Shown: positions 50,453 to 63,008 of the stretch, in pieces | How the letters are laid out: the number at the start of each line of letters is the position of its first letter | How positions within the stretch are numbered: position 1 is the stretch's first letter | Assembly: GCA_945877815.1 (NCBI GenBank) | Contig: CAMDWJ010000008.1 | Span: 51,936 to 115,935, forward strand | Source of the DNA: Caenispirillum bisanense | GTDB taxonomy: Bacteria; Pseudomonadota; Alphaproteobacteria; Rhodospirillales; UBA2165 | DNA: 64,000 nucleotides | Direction of reading: 5' to 3' | The notes under the pieces: model-generated | Databases searched by the model: none | Told to the model about the DNA's origin: nothing | The model's input: only the letters and a program-made list of their open reading frames with translations | Translations under genes and position numbers: made by a program

Positions 50453-51927
50453 CCGCCCAGCAGCGAAGTCGTCGCCTTGGCAGCACTTGTCAGCAACGGC
50501 GTCGGGAAGACGATGAAGAAGGTCACAAAGACGAAGGAGACAAACAGGACCGTCTTCATTTCCATGCTGATTGGCCCGTCAAAGGCTTCGTCCGGGGCAT
50601 CGAAATACATCACCTTCACGATGCGGATGTAGTAAAAGGCCGCAATCACGCTGGCGAGCACGCCGATGATGGCGAGGCCGAAAAGCTCTGCCTGAACAGC
50701 CGACTGGAAGATGTAAAGCTTGCCGAGGAATCCTGCGAAGGGAGGAATACCGGCCATCGAAAACATGAAGACGCCGAGCGCCAGGGCCATCATCGGATTA
50801 GTCTTGGACAGACCGGCAAGACCATCGATCTCCTCGACCATCCGTCCGCCGCGCCGCATCGTCAGGATCACGGCGAAGGTCCCGAGGTTCATGAAGACGT
50901 AGATCGCGAGAAAGATCAGCATGTTTCGGATACCGTCCGCGCGCACGGCGGCATCCGCCGTCTCGCCGGCGACGGCCAGCCCAATCAACGCGTACCCCAT
51001 ATTACCGATCGACGAATAGGCCATCAGGCGCTTGATGTTGCGCTGATTGATCGCGGCAACCGCGCCGAGCACCATTGATGCAATCGCGATAAAGACGACG
51101 ATCTGCTGCCATTGGCCGCCGAGATCGCCGAACGGGCCGACCATCACGCGGATGAATAGACCCATCGCCGCGATCTTGGGTGCGACGGCGAACAAAGCCG
51201 TCACGGGTGTCGGCGCCCCTTCGTAGACGTCCGGGGTCCACATATGGAACGGCACAGCGGATACCTTGAAGGCGAGCCCCGCCATGATGAAGACCAGACC
51301 GACGATCACCCCGATTGGTGCACCGCCGGAAGCCTTGAACAAATCGGCCAAGGCCGAGAATCCGGTTGCCCCGGCAAAGCCGTAGACCAGGGACATGCCG
51401 TACAGCAGCATGCCAGAGGCAAGCGCACCCAGAACGAAGTATTTCAAGCCCGCTTCGGGCGAGCGTGTGCCGTCGCGCTGGAACGACGCAATGACATAGA
51501 GCGCAAGGCTCTGCAATTCGAGACCGAGATAAAGCGCAATGAAATCGTTGGCCGACACCATCATGATCATGCCAAGCGTGGCCAGGACGATCAAAATCGG
51601 GAATTCAAATCGGTCGATGTCGTGACGCGCGAGGTAATCGCGCGCCATGAAAATCACGGCGGCCGCCGACACCAAGATCAGAACCTTCATGAAGACTGCG
51701 AAGCCGTCCAGAATGAACACGCCGCCGAACGCCGTCCGGCTGCCGTTATTCAACGCCATTACGATGACTGCGGCGATGATCAACGCGGCGATGCAGCCGT
51801 AGCTAACCGTGCGCGCAGCTTTTGCGTCAGATAGGAACGTGCCCAGGACCAGCAAGGCCATGGCAGCACCGGCCAGAAACATCTCGGGTGCGGCGATTGC
51901 GAAATTGGGAACGGCGGCAATGGGCAT
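50449..51927 (-). CDS. nuoN: NADH-quinone oxidoreductase subunit N
   Basis: 492-aa polytopic antiporter-like subunit at the last position of the nuo operon. Confidence 0.95.
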   Translation of the reverse strand: MPIAAVPNFAIAAPEMFLAGAAMALLVLGTFLSDAKAARTVSYGCIAALIIAAVIVMALNNGSRTAFGGVFILDGFAVFMKVLILVSAAAVIFMARDYLARHDIDRFEFPILIVLATLGMIMMVSANDFIALYLGLELQSLALYVIASFQRDGTRSPEAGLKYFVLGALASGMLLYGMSLVYGFAGATGFSALADLFKASGGAPIGVIVGLVFIMAGLAFKVSAVPFHMWTPDVYEGAPTPVTALFAVAPKIAAMGLFIRVMVGPFGDLGGQWQQIVVFIAIASMVLGAVAAINQRNIKRLMAYSSIGNMGYALIGLAVAGETADAAVRADGIRNMLIFLAIYVFMNLGTFAVILTMRRGGRMVEEIDGLAGLSKTNPMMALALGVFMFSMAGIPPFAGFLGKLYIFQSAVQAELFGLAIIGVLASVIAAFYYIRIVKVMYFDAPDEAFDGPISMEMKTVLFVSFVFVTFFIVFPTPLLTSAAKATTSLLGG

Positions 51928-51936
51928 GTGTCGCTC

Positions 51937-53454
51937 CTAACGCGCTGCTAACGCCGTCGCGCTGTGCGCGGCGATCGCCGAATGATAGCGTTCGAGCAGA
52001 TTGTCGACCGAAACATGCATCACCTCCAGGAACGGCTGCGGATAGATGCCCATCCAGAAGACGAGAATGAGTAGCGGTGCGAAAACCGCGATCTCGCGCG
52101 GAGACAGATCTAGGATGTCCTTGAGCGAGTCCTTGGTCAGTGGCCCGAAGATCACCCGGCGATAAAGATAGAGCATATAAGCAGCACCCAGGATCAAACC
52201 CGTTGCGGCAAAGGCAGCCACCCAGCTGTTCGCCTTGAACAGCCCGATCAAGACCAGGACTTCGCCGACAAACCCGCTGGTGCCCGGCAGGCCGACCGAA
52301 GCCATCATGAAGACCATGAAGATCAGAGCATAGACGGGCATGCGATGAACGAGCCCGCCATAGGTCGCGATCTCGCGGCTATGCATGCGGTCATAAACCA
52401 CGCCGACGACAAGGAACAAGGCGGCCGACACGAACCCGTGCGACAGCATATGGATGATCGCGCCCTCCACCGCCTGCGTGTTGGCGGCAAAGGCGCCCAG
52501 CGTCACGAAGGCCATGTGCGCCACGGAGGAATAAGCGATCAGCTTTTTCATATCCTCTTGCGCCAAAGCGACCAGCGAGGTGTAAATCACCGCAACGATG
52601 CTGAGCGTATAGATGAGCGGCGTGAATTCGAGCGAGGCGAGCGGAAACATCGGCAACGAAAAGCGCAGGAAGCCGTAACCGCCAAATTTCAGCAACACAC
52701 CGGCCAGGATGACAGAGCCGGCCGTCGGTGCCTCGACATGCGCATCTGGCAGCCAGGTGTGAACCGGCCACATCGGCACCTTGACCGCGAAGGACGCGAA
52801 AAAAGCCAGCCACAACCAGGTTTGCAAGGACGGTGCGAAATCGAAATTGAGCAGCCGCGTCATGTCCGACGTGCCGGCCTCGAACATCATCATGAGGATC
52901 GCGAGCAGCATCAAGACAGAACCGGCCAGCGTATAGAGGAAGAACTTGAAGGCCGCGTAGTTGCGTCGCGGCCCGCCCCATACGCCGATGATCAGATACA
53001 TCGGGATCAACACGCCTTCGAAGAAGACGTAGAAGAGCACGATATCGAGCGCCGCGAACATGCCCACCATCAAAGTTTCGAGCACGAGGAAGGCAACCAT
53101 GTATTCCTTCACACGCTCGTGAATCGATTCCCAGCTCGCCAGGATGCAAACCACGGTGAGCAGTGTCGAAAGCAGGACGAAGAAAAGAGAAATGCCGTCG
53201 ATGCCGACGTGATAGGCAAGATCGAGCCCCGGAACCCAAACCGATTTTTCGACGAGCTGGAAGTCGGACGTGCGTACGTCGAAATTCACCCAAAGCCCCA
53301 ACGAGACCAGGAAGGTGATGCACGACACCCAGAGCGCCACGGCGCGTGCGTCGCGCGACACCTGCTCGGGTGTGCCGCGGCTGAACAACAAAATGAACAG
53401 CGCGCCGATCAGCGGCAGAAAAATGACGACCGAAAGCCAGGGGAAATTCGTCAC
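51937..53454 (-). CDS. nuoM: NADH-quinone oxidoreductase subunit M
   Basis: 505-aa antiporter-like subunit (WLPDAHVEAPTAGSV). Confidence 0.95.
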   Translation of the reverse strand: MTNFPWLSVVIFLPLIGALFILLFSRGTPEQVSRDARAVALWVSCITFLVSLGLWVNFDVRTSDFQLVEKSVWVPGLDLAYHVGIDGISLFFVLLSTLLTVVCILASWESIHERVKEYMVAFLVLETLMVGMFAALDIVLFYVFFEGVLIPMYLIIGVWGGPRRNYAAFKFFLYTLAGSVLMLLAILMMMFEAGTSDMTRLLNFDFAPSLQTWLWLAFFASFAVKVPMWPVHTWLPDAHVEAPTAGSVILAGVLLKFGGYGFLRFSLPMFPLASLEFTPLIYTLSIVAVIYTSLVALAQEDMKKLIAYSSVAHMAFVTLGAFAANTQAVEGAIIHMLSHGFVSAALFLVVGVVYDRMHSREIATYGGLVHRMPVYALIFMVFMMASVGLPGTSGFVGEVLVLIGLFKANSWVAAFAATGLILGAAYMLYLYRRVIFGPLTKDSLKDILDLSPREIAVFAPLLILVFWMGIYPQPFLEVMHVSVDNLLERYHSAIAAHSATALAAR

Positions 53455-53457
53455 GCC

Positions 53458-55413
53458 CTACCGTCCCGTCATCAAAAGCCAAGTGATCAACGCCGCCACA
53501 CCGAGCAGCATCGCAAAGGCATAGTGGTACAAATATCCGCTTTGCAGCGCGCCCGCGCGCCGCGACAGCATTTGGATGGCGGCAGAAACCCCGTCCGGGC
53601 CAAGCCCGTCGATAATCGCCACGTCACCCTTTTTCCATAGGTTCCGACCGAGCCAAAAGGCCGGACGCACGAACAGCCGGTCGTACAATTCGTCGAAATA
53701 CCACTTATTAAGCAAGAATCGGTACAGCGCGGGGAAGGCCCCTGCGATCTTGGGCGGCAGATCGGGCCGGAACATATAGAGGAAATAGGCGAGCGCAATG
53801 CCGACGGCCCCGACCACCAGGGGCGAGAGTTTGACCCACAGCGGCACATGATGGGCGTTTTCGAGAGCCTGATGGCTCGGCAGCATAAACAGCGCCTTGC
53901 CCCAGAACGCGTCGTAATTATCGCCGACAAAATAGCTGACCGTCGTGAAGCCGACGAAGATCGCGCCGGTCGCGAGCACGCCGAGTGGAATGAGCATCAC
54001 CTTCGGCGATTCGTGAACATGCGCCAGAGTCTTTTCGTCTGCGCGCGAGGTACCGTGGAAGGTCATGATGATCAGGCGCCAGGAATAGAACGCGGTCAGA
54101 AACGCTGCCGCCAATCCCATCCAATAGGCGTATTGGCCGACGCCGGTGTGGGCGGCATAGGCGACTTCGAGGATCATGTCCTTGGAATAGAAACCGGCGA
54201 AGGGCCAGATGCCAGCCAAGGCCAGCGAGCCGATCCACATCATGACGTAGGTCACCGGGATCAGTTTGTAGATTCCGCCCATCTTGCGCATGTCCTGCTC
54301 GTCGGACATCGCATGGATTACCGAGCCGGCACCAAGAAACAGCAGCGCCTTGAAGAAAGCGTGGGTGATCAGATGGAAGATGCCTGCGGAATAGGCCGAA
54401 ACACCCAGCGCGAAAAACATGTAACCCAGCTGGCTACAGGTCGAATAGGCGATCACGCGTTTGATATCGTTCTGTACGCAGCCGACCGTGGCGGCAAAGA
54501 TCGCTGTCGAAGCGCCAACGATGGTCACGACCGTCAAAGCGGTGTCGGACCATTCGAACAGAGGCGAGCAGCGCGCGACCATGAAGACGCCGGCCGTCAC
54601 CATCGTCGCCGCATGGATCAGTGCGGAAACGGGCGTCGGCCCCTCCATCGCATCCGGCAACCATGTATGAAGGCCCAACTGAGCCGATTTGCCCATGGCG
54701 CCCACGAACAGCAGCAGGCAGATGACTGTCAGCGCGTGGAATTCGCCGCCGAATACCTTCATCATCGCCGTCGCCTTTTGCGGCGCCAGTGCGAAAATCG
54801 TATCAAAGCTGATGGAGTCGAACAGAACATAGGTCGCGAAGATGCCAAGCGCGAAGCCGAAATCGCCAACGCGGTTGACCACGAAGGCTTTGATCGCCGC
54901 CGCATTGGCCGATGGGCGGTCGAACCAGAAACCGATCAGCAGGTAAGACGCGACGCCCACCCCTTCCCATCCGAAGAACAACTGCAGCAGGTTATTGGCC
55001 GTCACCAGCATGAGCATGAAGAAGGTGAATAGGCTCAAATAGGCCATGAAACGCGGCACCGACGCATCGTGATGCATGTAGCCGACCGAATAGACGTGGA
55101 TCATCGACGACACCACGGTGACCATCAGCACCATCACGAGGGACAGCGTGTCGGCACGGAGAGCCCAGGAAATTTCTAAGGTGCCGGAATCAACCCAGGT
55201 GAAGATCTCGACCGAACCGGTATGGCCGTTGACCAAGATATTCGTGAATGCGGCAAGCGCAGCGATCGCAGCCAGCAGCATCGCACCGCAGGTTACGAGC
55301 TGGGCGGCCAGATCAATCTTGTGATCGTGATGGTGATCGCCCGTGCGCGCAAAGCTGAGCACACCCGCGATGATCGCGCCGATAAGCGGAAGGAAGACGG
55401 CGGCGGCGTACAT
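53458..55413 (-). CDS. nuoL: NADH-quinone oxidoreductase subunit L
   Basis: 651-aa antiporter-like subunit with a C-terminal lateral helix region (WLPDAMEGPTPVSALIHAATMV). Confidence 0.95.
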   Translation of the reverse strand: MYAAAVFLPLIGAIIAGVLSFARTGDHHHDHKIDLAAQLVTCGAMLLAAIAALAAFTNILVNGHTGSVEIFTWVDSGTLEISWALRADTLSLVMVLMVTVVSSMIHVYSVGYMHHDASVPRFMAYLSLFTFFMLMLVTANNLLQLFFGWEGVGVASYLLIGFWFDRPSANAAAIKAFVVNRVGDFGFALGIFATYVLFDSISFDTIFALAPQKATAMMKVFGGEFHALTVICLLLFVGAMGKSAQLGLHTWLPDAMEGPTPVSALIHAATMVTAGVFMVARCSPLFEWSDTALTVVTIVGASTAIFAATVGCVQNDIKRVIAYSTCSQLGYMFFALGVSAYSAGIFHLITHAFFKALLFLGAGSVIHAMSDEQDMRKMGGIYKLIPVTYVMMWIGSLALAGIWPFAGFYSKDMILEVAYAAHTGVGQYAYWMGLAAAFLTAFYSWRLIIMTFHGTSRADEKTLAHVHESPKVMLIPLGVLATGAIFVGFTTVSYFVGDNYDAFWGKALFMLPSHQALENAHHVPLWVKLSPLVVGAVGIALAYFLYMFRPDLPPKIAGAFPALYRFLLNKWYFDELYDRLFVRPAFWLGRNLWKKGDVAIIDGLGPDGVSAAIQMLSRRAGALQSGYLYHYAFAMLLGVAALITWLLMTGR

Positions 55414-55414
55414 C

Positions 55415-55726
55415 TCAACCCTTCATCACGTTAATGTCGTCGACATAGATCGATCCGCGATTGCGGAAATAGACGACGAGAATGGCGAGCCCGATGGCGG
55501 CTTCGGCGGCGGCCACGGTAAGCACGAACAGGGAGAAGACCTGCCCGACGAGATCTCCGAGGTTGGCCGAGAAAGCGACCAAGTTGATATTGACCGACAG
55601 CAGCAGCAGTTCGATCGACATCAGGATGATGATGACGTTCTTGCGGTTCACGAAGATGCCGAACACGCCAAGCGTGAACAGGATCGCGGCAAGGGTCAAA
55701 TAATGAGCGAGCCCGATTTCCAGCAT
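55415..55726 (-). CDS. nuoK: NADH-quinone oxidoreductase subunit K
   Basis: 103 aa with three TM helices. It has a TAATG overlap with nuoJ. Confidence 0.95.
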   Translation of the reverse strand: MLEIGLAHYLTLAAILFTLGVFGIFVNRKNVIIILMSIELLLLSVNINLVAFSANLGDLVGQVFSLFVLTVAAAEAAIGLAILVVYFRNRGSIYVDDINVMKG

Positions 55727-56340
55727 TACACCCCGCTCCCCGTCTGCACCTTGCGCACCTCGACGCTGTCGCTCGGCCGGCGTGCGATCTGCTCGCTGAT
55801 ATTCTGCCTGCGAACGCCGGTGCGCTTGCGATGGGTAAGCACGATGGCGCCGATCATCGCAACCAGCAGGATCATCCCCGCCGCCTGGAAGAAATAGACA
55901 TAGTGCGTATAGATGATTTGACCGAGCGCGTGCGTGTTGCTCAAGGTCTCCGGTGTCGGCATGGGCGACACGAGTCGCGTTCCGGCTTGGGGCGAAATCG
56001 CAAATCCGCCCAGAACCAGCAGCAGTTCCGCCAGGAAGATGAGTGCGACGAGCCCGCCCAGCGGCAGATATTGCAAGAAGCCCTGGCGTAGTTCGGTGAA
56101 GGAGATATCGAGCATCATTACGACGAACAAGAACAGCACGGCGACCGCCCCGACATAGACGACGACCAGGATCATCGCCAGGAATTCCGCGCCCAACAGC
56201 ACGAATAGTCCGGCCGAATTGAAGAAGGCGAGAATGAGGAATAGAACCGAATGCACCGGATTCTTGGCCGAAATCACCATCACGGCCGCTCCGACCAGGA
56301 CGATGGCGAACATATAAAAGGCGAGCGAAGCGACGATCAT
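55726..56340 (-). CDS. nuoJ: NADH-quinone oxidoreductase subunit J
   Basis: 204 aa from ATG 56340 ([17 protein letters not shown]), with an ATGA overlap onto nuoI. The track ORF is extended upstream out of context. Confidence 0.9.
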   Translation of the reverse strand: MIVASLAFYMFAIVLVGAAVMVISAKNPVHSVLFLILAFFNSAGLFVLLGAEFLAMILVVVYVGAVAVLFLFVVMMLDISFTELRQGFLQYLPLGGLVALIFLAELLLVLGGFAISPQAGTRLVSPMPTPETLSNTHALGQIIYTHYVYFFQAAGMILLVAMIGAIVLTHRKRTGVRRQNISEQIARRPSDSVEVRKVQTGSGV

Positions 56341-56825
56341 CGACTGCCTGCCTTCGCTTCTAGCCGGGCCGCGAGTTCGATTTCCCAGCGATCGCCATTG
56401 GCGAGAAGCTTGTCCTTGTCGTAGAGCAGCTCTTCGCGCGTTTCGGTCGCGAATTCGAAATTGGGGCCTTCGACGATCGCGTCTACCGGGCAGGCTTCCT
56501 CGCACAGACCGCAATAAATGCACTTCACCATATCGATGTCGTAGCGCGTCGTGCGCCGGCTGCCGTCGTCGCGTGGCTCGGCCTCGATGGTGATCGCCTG
56601 GGCCGGACAGATCGCCTCGCAAAGCTTACAGGCGATGCAGCGTTCTTCGCCGTTCGGATAGCGCCGCAGGGCATGCTCGCCGCGAAAGCGCGACGACAAG
56701 GGCCCTTTCTCGAAGGGATAATTGAGCGTCACCTTCGGTTTGAAGAAATATTTGAGCGTAAGCGCCATGCCCGAAACCAATTCGGACAAGAACATCGTGC
56801 GGGCGCTGCGATCCAGATAAGTCAT
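56337..56825 (-). CDS. nuoI: NADH-quinone oxidoreductase subunit I
   Basis: 162 aa from ATG 56825 ([15 protein letters not shown]). It has two 4Fe-4S ferredoxin motifs ([12 protein letters not shown] and [12 protein letters not shown]). Confidence 0.95.
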   Translation of the reverse strand: MTYLDRSARTMFLSELVSGMALTLKYFFKPKVTLNYPFEKGPLSSRFRGEHALRRYPNGEERCIACKLCEAICPAQAITIEAEPRDDGSRRTTRYDIDMVKCIYCGLCEEACPVDAIVEGPNFEFATETREELLYDKDKLLANGDRWEIELAARLEAKAGSR

Positions 56826-57859
56826 CACGGCCTCCCCAACGGATGGATGTCGAATGCGATGACGGCACCCGACACGAGCACCACACCCAGGAGCGACAGC
56901 GGCAGGAATACCTTCCAGCCGAGACGCATCAACTGATCGTAGCGATAACGCGGGAACGTCGCGCGTATCCAAACAAAGATGAACAGGCAAAAGGCGATCT
57001 TGAGCGCGAACCAGATGGGTCCCGGCAGCCAGTTGAATGGCGCCACATTGAACGGCGGCAGCCAGCCGCCGAGAAACAGGATCGTCGTCATACCCGACAT
57101 CAGGATCATGTTCGCGTATTCGCCGAGGAAAAAGAGCGCGAAGGTCATCGCCGAATATTCGACGTTATAACCCGACACGAGTTCGGCTTCGGCTTCGGGC
57201 AAATCGAACGGATGGCGATTGGTTTCGGCCAGTGTGGAGATGAAGAAGATCACCGCCATCGGGAATAGCGGAATGACGAACCACATCGATTTTTCCTGCG
57301 CGTGGACGATGTCCGACAGGTTGAGCGAGCCGGCGAGCAGAAGCACGGTGATGATAACGAACCCCATCGAAACTTCGTAGGACACCATCTGCGCGGCGGA
57401 TCGCAGGCCGCCCAGGAAGGCATACTTGGAATTACTGGCCCATCCCGACATCAAGATGCCGTAAACGCCAAGCGAGGAGACGGCAAACAGGTACAAAATA
57501 CCGACATTGATATTGGACAGCACCAACCCCTCGCCCAGCGGAATCACGGCCCAGGCTATCAGAGCTAATGTGAACGTGAGCACGGGCGCGATGACGAACA
57601 CGACGCGGTTGGCGCCGGTCGGGATGATGGTTTCCTTGAAGAACAGTTTCAGGCCATCGGCGATCGGCTGCAACAGCCCATAGGGGCCGACCACGTTCGG
57701 GCCACGACGCAATTGCATCGCCGCGATGACCTTGCGTTCGAAATAAGTGAGATAGGCGACCGACAGCAACAGCGGAACCGTTATCGCCAGGATCTTCATG
57801 ACGATCCAAACGGTGGGCCAGCCGTATCCAGCCCAGAATTCGGCCAAGGTACTAGCCAT
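56825..57859 (-). CDS. nuoH: NADH-quinone oxidoreductase subunit H
   Basis: 344 aa from ATG 57859 ([14 protein letters not shown]), carrying [17 protein letters not shown]. It overlaps nuoG by 8 nt. Confidence 0.95.
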   Translation of the reverse strand: MASTLAEFWAGYGWPTVWIVMKILAITVPLLLSVAYLTYFERKVIAAMQLRRGPNVVGPYGLLQPIADGLKLFFKETIIPTGANRVVFVIAPVLTFTLALIAWAVIPLGEGLVLSNINVGILYLFAVSSLGVYGILMSGWASNSKYAFLGGLRSAAQMVSYEVSMGFVIITVLLLAGSLNLSDIVHAQEKSMWFVIPLFPMAVIFFISTLAETNRHPFDLPEAEAELVSGYNVEYSAMTFALFFLGEYANMILMSGMTTILFLGGWLPPFNVAPFNWLPGPIWFALKIAFCLFIFVWIRATFPRYRYDQLMRLGWKVFLPLSLLGVVLVSGAVIAFDIHPLGRP

Positions 57860-59915
57860 GCGTGCCGGTCCTCGGAACGCCCTGGCCAAGAATTTCGGCG
57901 ACACACTTGGCCATCGTGACGGACGCACGGCCGATCGCGTCGGTCATGTAGAAATTGGCGATCGGATAGGTGAAATCCTGATTGGCCAGATCGCCAGCTT
58001 TACCGAACGCTCCCCAAGCCGCCGGCGCGATAGCATCGACGCCACTCAGAGTCGGACACGCCTTGGTCATCTTAACCTGCAAGGCATCCAGGTTATCGAA
58101 TGGAAGTTTGCGACCGAGCCGTTCTGAAAGCGCGCGCAGGATCGTCCAATCCTCACGCGCATCGCCGAGCGGGAAAGTGGCGCGTTGCGCCCTTTGGACA
58201 CGGCCTTCGGTATTGACGTATGTGCCGTCCTTTTCCGTATAAGCGGCACCCGGCAGGATCACATCGGCGCGCGCGGCGCCGGCATCGCCGTGATGGCCCT
58301 GATAGATCACAAAGGCTTTGCCGAGGCGCTTCATATCGATTTCGTCAGCGCCCAATAGATAGACGACCTCGATTGCGCCCGACGATGTACCTTCGAGAAT
58401 GGAATCGGTGCCGCGACCGCCCGCCCCCGGCAGGAATCCCAGATCGAGACCGCCGACGCGCGATGCCGCGCGATGCAGCACGTTGAAACCGTTCCAGCCA
58501 TCCTTGATCAGGCCACAAGTCTCTGCGACCGCGCGCGCCGAGGCCAAGATCGCTGCACCATCGGCGCGCGTGAGCGCACCGGTGCCGATGATCAGCATCG
58601 GCTTTTGCGCCTGCTTCAGAGTCTCGGCAAAGGCATGTGAACCCGCTGCAATTTGCGACAGGATCGCGGGATTCGAACCAAGATTTTGATGCTTATAGGT
58701 AAGGTCAGCTTCGGGCCCGACAATCGCGATCTTCACCTTGCCCGTCAGAAAGCGTTTACGGATGCGCGCGTTCAGCACAGCCGCTTCGAGGCGCGGGTTG
58801 GTTCCGACCAGAAGAATCGCGTCGGCCTGCTCGATGCCGGCCACGGTCGAATTGAACAAATAGCCCGAGCGTGCCCCCTCGCCCACGGCAGATCCATCCT
58901 GGCGGCAATCAAGGTTCTGCGATCCCAGCGACGTCATCAGGCTTTTGAGCGCGAACATTGACTCGCAATCGGCGAGATCTCCGGCGATAGCCGCGAGCTT
59001 CTTACCCTCGAGACCTTTCAGTTTCGCGGTGATCGCGGCGAAGGCCTCGTCCCAACTCGCAGGGCGCAATTTACCGTCGTGCCGCACATAGGGCTTGTCG
59101 AGGCGCTGCCGCAGCAATCCGTCATAGGAGAAACGCGCCTTATCGGAAATCCATTCCTCGTTCACGTCCTCGTTGACGCGCGGCAGGACGCGCAGGATCT
59201 CCGATCCGCGCGCATCGACGCGGATATTGGAGCCGAGTGCGTCGGTCACATCGATGGATTCGGTTTTTTTGAGCTCCCACGGGCGCGCAACGAAAGCATA
59301 CGGCTTCGAAGTGAGCGCGCCGACCGGGCACAGATCGATGATATTGCCGGACAGTTCCGAGGACAGTGCCTTTTCGACGTAGGTGCCGATCTCCATGGTC
59401 TCGCCACGACCCGTCGCGCCCAATTCCGGAACACCCGCAACTTCGGTCGCGAAGCGTACACAGCGCGTGCAATGGATGCAGCGCGTCATGATCGTTTTGA
59501 CCAGGGGACCCAAATTCTTGTCGTCGACCGCGCGTTTGGTTTCTAGATAGCGCGAGCGATCGAAGCCATAGCCCATCGCTTGATCCTGAAGATCGCATTC
59601 TCCGCCCTGATCGCAGATCGGGCAATCGAGCGGATGGTTGATCAACAGGAATTCCATGACGCCGTGGCGCGCCTTCTTCACCATCTCGGAATCGGTCTTG
59701 ATCTTCATGCCCTCGCCGACCGGCATGGCACAGGACGCGATCGGCTTCGGCGCCTTTTCCATCTCGACCAGGCACATGCGGCAATTGCCCGCGACAGAAA
59801 GGCGTTCGTGATAGCAAAAGCGCGGAATTTCCTTGCCTGCGAGTTCGCAGGCCTGAAGGACTGTCAGTCCGGGCTCAACATCGAGTTCAATATCGTCGAT
59901 TGTGATCTTGGGCAT
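57852..59915 (-). CDS. nuoG: NADH-quinone oxidoreductase subunit G
   Basis: 687 aa with N-terminal 2Fe-2S and 4Fe-4S cysteine clusters ([36 protein letters not shown]). Confidence 0.95.
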   Translation of the reverse strand: MPKITIDDIELDVEPGLTVLQACELAGKEIPRFCYHERLSVAGNCRMCLVEMEKAPKPIASCAMPVGEGMKIKTDSEMVKKARHGVMEFLLINHPLDCPICDQGGECDLQDQAMGYGFDRSRYLETKRAVDDKNLGPLVKTIMTRCIHCTRCVRFATEVAGVPELGATGRGETMEIGTYVEKALSSELSGNIIDLCPVGALTSKPYAFVARPWELKKTESIDVTDALGSNIRVDARGSEILRVLPRVNEDVNEEWISDKARFSYDGLLRQRLDKPYVRHDGKLRPASWDEAFAAITAKLKGLEGKKLAAIAGDLADCESMFALKSLMTSLGSQNLDCRQDGSAVGEGARSGYLFNSTVAGIEQADAILLVGTNPRLEAAVLNARIRKRFLTGKVKIAIVGPEADLTYKHQNLGSNPAILSQIAAGSHAFAETLKQAQKPMLIIGTGALTRADGAAILASARAVAETCGLIKDGWNGFNVLHRAASRVGGLDLGFLPGAGGRGTDSILEGTSSGAIEVVYLLGADEIDMKRLGKAFVIYQGHHGDAGAARADVILPGAAYTEKDGTYVNTEGRVQRAQRATFPLGDAREDWTILRALSERLGRKLPFDNLDALQVKMTKACPTLSGVDAIAPAAWGAFGKAGDLANQDFTYPIANFYMTDAIGRASVTMAKCVAEILGQGVPRTGTHG

Positions 59916-59920
59916 GCTGA

Positions 59921-61213
59921 TTACTCCGCCGCCGCCCGAGGCGCACGCGCCTTGGCAAGTTCGATGCGCCGTTCAAGTTCGGGGCGGAAATGACGGATCA
60001 ATCCCTGGATCGGCCAGGCCGCCGCATCGCCGAGCGCGCAAATGGTATGTCCCTCGACCTGACGCGTGACTTGCTCAAGCAGATCGATTTCGCGCGTGGA
60101 TGCATCACCGGCAACCATCCGCGTCATCATCCGCGCCATCCAGCCCGTGCCTTCGCGACAGGGCGTGCATTGGCCACAGCTCTCATGTTTGTAGAAGTGC
60201 GAGAGGCACGCGATGGCTGCGACAATATCCGTCGATTTGTCCATCACCATGACGGCGGCCGTACCGAGACCAGAACGCACTTCGCGCAAGCTGTCGAAAT
60301 CCATCAACACGCTGTCGCAGATCGATTTCGGCAAGACCGGCACAGAAGCGCCGCCCGGAATAATGGCGAGAAGATTATCCCATCCGCCGCGTACGCCGCC
60401 CGCATGGCGCTCGACGAGCTCGCGCAGAGGAATGCTCATTTCTTCCTCGACCGTGCAGGGGTGGTTCACATGGCCGGAAATATTGAACAGCTTGGTGCCT
60501 GTATTGTTCGGCCGGCCGATGCCCGCGAACCATGCGCCGCCACGGCGCAATATCTCGGGAGCGACCGCGATGGATTCGACATTATTAACCGTCGTCGGGC
60601 AACCATAGAGGCCGGAGTTAGCTGGGAACGGTGGCTTTAGGCGCGGTTGGCCCTTCTTGCCTTCCAGGCTTTCGATCAGCGCGGTTTCCTCGCCGCAGAT
60701 ATAGGCGCCGGCGCCGCGATGCACATAAAGGTCAAAATCCCAGCCCGTGCCGCACGCGTTCTTGCCGATCAGTCCATTGTCGTAGGCCTCGTCGACGGCG
60801 CGCTGCAGCGCTTGGGTCTCGCGAAAGAATTCGCCGCGCACATAAATATAGGCGGCGTGCGCCCCCATCGCGAAGCTCGCGATCAGGCAACCTTCGACCA
60901 GCTTATGCGGCTCGTGGCGCAGGATTTCGCGGTCCTTGCAGGTGCCCGGTTCGCCTTCGTCGGCGTTGACGACAAGGTAATGTGGGCGCGCGCCGATCTC
61001 CTTCGGCATGAACGACCATTTGAGGCCGGTACCGAATCCCGCGCCGCCTCGACCGCGCAAGCCGGACGCTTTCATCTCGTCAATGATCTTGTCGCGACCG
61101 CGTTCGAGAATTTCCTTGGTGCCGTCCCAATCGCCGCGTGCGCGCGCGCCTGCCAGAAACGGATCGTGTAGGCCGTAGATATTGGTAAAGATCCGGTCTT
61201 TATCTTTAAGCAT
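59921..61213 (-). CDS. nuoF: NADH-quinone oxidoreductase subunit F
   Basis: 430 aa from ATG 61213 ([14 protein letters not shown]). Motifs are [13 protein letters not shown] and [12 protein letters not shown]. Confidence 0.95.
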   Translation of the reverse strand: MLKDKDRIFTNIYGLHDPFLAGARARGDWDGTKEILERGRDKIIDEMKASGLRGRGGAGFGTGLKWSFMPKEIGARPHYLVVNADEGEPGTCKDREILRHEPHKLVEGCLIASFAMGAHAAYIYVRGEFFRETQALQRAVDEAYDNGLIGKNACGTGWDFDLYVHRGAGAYICGEETALIESLEGKKGQPRLKPPFPANSGLYGCPTTVNNVESIAVAPEILRRGGAWFAGIGRPNNTGTKLFNISGHVNHPCTVEEEMSIPLRELVERHAGGVRGGWDNLLAIIPGGASVPVLPKSICDSVLMDFDSLREVRSGLGTAAVMVMDKSTDIVAAIACLSHFYKHESCGQCTPCREGTGWMARMMTRMVAGDASTREIDLLEQVTRQVEGHTICALGDAAAWPIQGLIRHFRPELERRIELAKARAPRAAAE

Positions 61214-61833
61214 CAGGCGCCTCGCCCCTTCGTGGGTTCGGTGAGCGACGTAAGCCCGCCTGCCGGCTCGCAAGTTTTTCGGCCGATCTGTGATCCCGTT
61301 TTCGGAGTATGGCCGAGCTTCAATTCGCTTACGATCGAAGCGGCACTCGTCTCGTCCAGATCTTCGTAATAATCGTCGTTAATCTGCATCATCGGTGCGT
61401 TGACGCAGGCACCCAAACATTCGGCGTGCGACAAGGTGAACATGCCGTCCTTGCTGGTTTCGCCGAGCACTGTACCCGTGGCCTTTTCGCAGGCCGACAC
61501 GATCTGTTCCGAACCCCGCAGCCAACACGGCAGATTGGTACAAATCTGCACATGATGCCGCCCGACCGGCTTGGTGTTGTACATCGTATAGAAGGTCGCA
61601 ACTTCATAAACGCGGATCGCGGGCATATCGAGAAGCTCAGCAACGTAATCCATGGCGGCGCGCGGCAGCCAATTCGCGTGCTGGCGTTGCGCAAGATCGA
61701 GCAGAGGCATGACAGCGCTGGCCTGCCGTCCGCTCGGATATTTCGCGATGATCGCCTGGGCGAGCCTCATATTATCCGCCGTGAAGGCAAAGGGACCCGT
61801 CTCGACCGGCGCGGAACCGGCGGTCGTACTCAT
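61213..61833 (-). CDS. nuoE: NADH-quinone oxidoreductase subunit E
   Basis: 206 aa from ATG 61833 ([17 protein letters not shown]). Its 2Fe-2S ligands are in CTNLPC ... CLGAC. Confidence 0.9.
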   Translation of the reverse strand: MSTTAGSAPVETGPFAFTADNMRLAQAIIAKYPSGRQASAVMPLLDLAQRQHANWLPRAAMDYVAELLDMPAIRVYEVATFYTMYNTKPVGRHHVQICTNLPCWLRGSEQIVSACEKATGTVLGETSKDGMFTLSHAECLGACVNAPMMQINDDYYEDLDETSAASIVSELKLGHTPKTGSQIGRKTCEPAGGLTSLTEPTKGRGA

Positions 61834-63008
61834 CGATCGATCTCCCCGAAGACAATATCGAGCGAACCAATATTGGCGACGACATCGGCGAGCATGTGCC
61901 CGCGCGACATCATGTCGAGCGCCTGCAAATGCGCAAATCCGGGCGCGCGGATCTTGCACCGATAAGGCTTGTTGCTGCCGTCGGCGATCAAATATACGCC
62001 GAACTCGCCCTTCGGCGCCTCAACCACCGTATAGGTGCTGCCGGCGGGGACGTGATAGCCCTCGGTATAAAGCTTGAAATGATGGATTAGCGCTTCCATC
62101 GAATGCTTCATTTCGCCGCGCTTCGGCGGCGTAAATTTGTTGTCGTCGACCGAAACGGCGCCGGGCGGCATTTGCGCCACGCATTGCTTGATGATCTTCA
62201 GAGATTCCCGCATCTCATAGACGCGCACGAGGTAGCGATCGTAACAGTCGCCGTTCTTACCGATGGGAATGTCGAAATCCATCTTGTCGTACACGTCGTA
62301 GGGCTGCGACTTACGCAGATCCCAAGCGAACCCGGACGCGCGCAGGTTCGGTCCTGAAAACCCCCAATCGACCGCCTCGTCGGGCGTTACGATGCCAATA
62401 TTGACCGTGCGTTGCTTGAAGATACGGTTCTCGGTCAACAGAGATTCAAGATCGTCGATGAACGTTGGAAAATCGTCGGCCCAGATGGCGATATCGTCGA
62501 GCAATTTCTGCGGCACATCGGCCGCGACACCACCGGGACGGAAATAAGCCATATGCAAACGCGCGCCCGATGCACGCTCGCAGAATTCCATGAGCAATTC
62601 GCGATGCTCGAAACCCCACAACATCGGCGTCATCGCGCCCACATCCATCGCGTAGGCGGTAATGTTGAGGATGTGGTTCAGAATACGTCCGATTTCGGCA
62701 TAGAGAACACGCAAATACATCGCGCGCGGCGGCGCCTTGATGCCGGCAAGTTTTTCGACCGCCAACGCAAAGGCATGTTCCTGGTTTTGCGGCGCCACGT
62801 AATCGAGGCGGTCGAAATAGGGAACCGCCTGAAGATAGCTCTTATATTCAATTAGCTTTTCGGTGCCGCGATGCAGCAGGCCGATATGCGGATCGGCGCG
62901 ATCGATGATCTCGCCGTCCAGTTCGAGCACCAGACGCAAAACGCCATGCGCGGCGGGATGCTGCGGGCCGAAATTGAGGGTGAAGTTCTTGATCTGGGTT
63001 TCGGTCAC
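61830..63008 (-). CDS. nuoD: NADH-quinone oxidoreductase subunit D
   Basis: 392 aa with [14 protein letters not shown]. Its GTG start overlaps the nuoC stop. Confidence 0.95.
   Translation of the reverse strand: MTETQIKNFTLNFGPQHPAAHGVLRLVLELDGEIIDRADPHIGLLHRGTEKLIEYKSYLQAVPYFDRLDYVAPQNQEHAFALAVEKLAGIKAPPRAMYLRVLYAEIGRILNHILNITAYAMDVGAMTPMLWGFEHRELLMEFCERASGARLHMAYFRPGGVAADVPQKLLDDIAIWADDFPTFIDDLESLLTENRIFKQRTVNIGIVTPDEAVDWGFSGPNLRASGFAWDLRKSQPYDVYDKMDFDIPIGKNGDCYDRYLVRVYEMRESLKIIKQCVAQMPPGAVSVDDNKFTPPKRGEMKHSMEALIHHFKLYTEGYHVPAGSTYTVVEAPKGEFGVYLIADGSNKPYRCKIRAPGFAHLQALDMMSRGHMLADVVANIGSLDIVFGEIDR

Noticed and set aside
52345-55032. Plus-strand ORFs of 431 aa and 394 aa lie opposite nuoM and nuoL. 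Similar ones lie at 50155-51078, 36325-37365 and 37414-38637 opposite nuoN and dnaE.
   Set aside because: These are antisense shadow ORFs of GC-rich genes with low-complexity charged sequence. The sense genes have unambiguous motifs.
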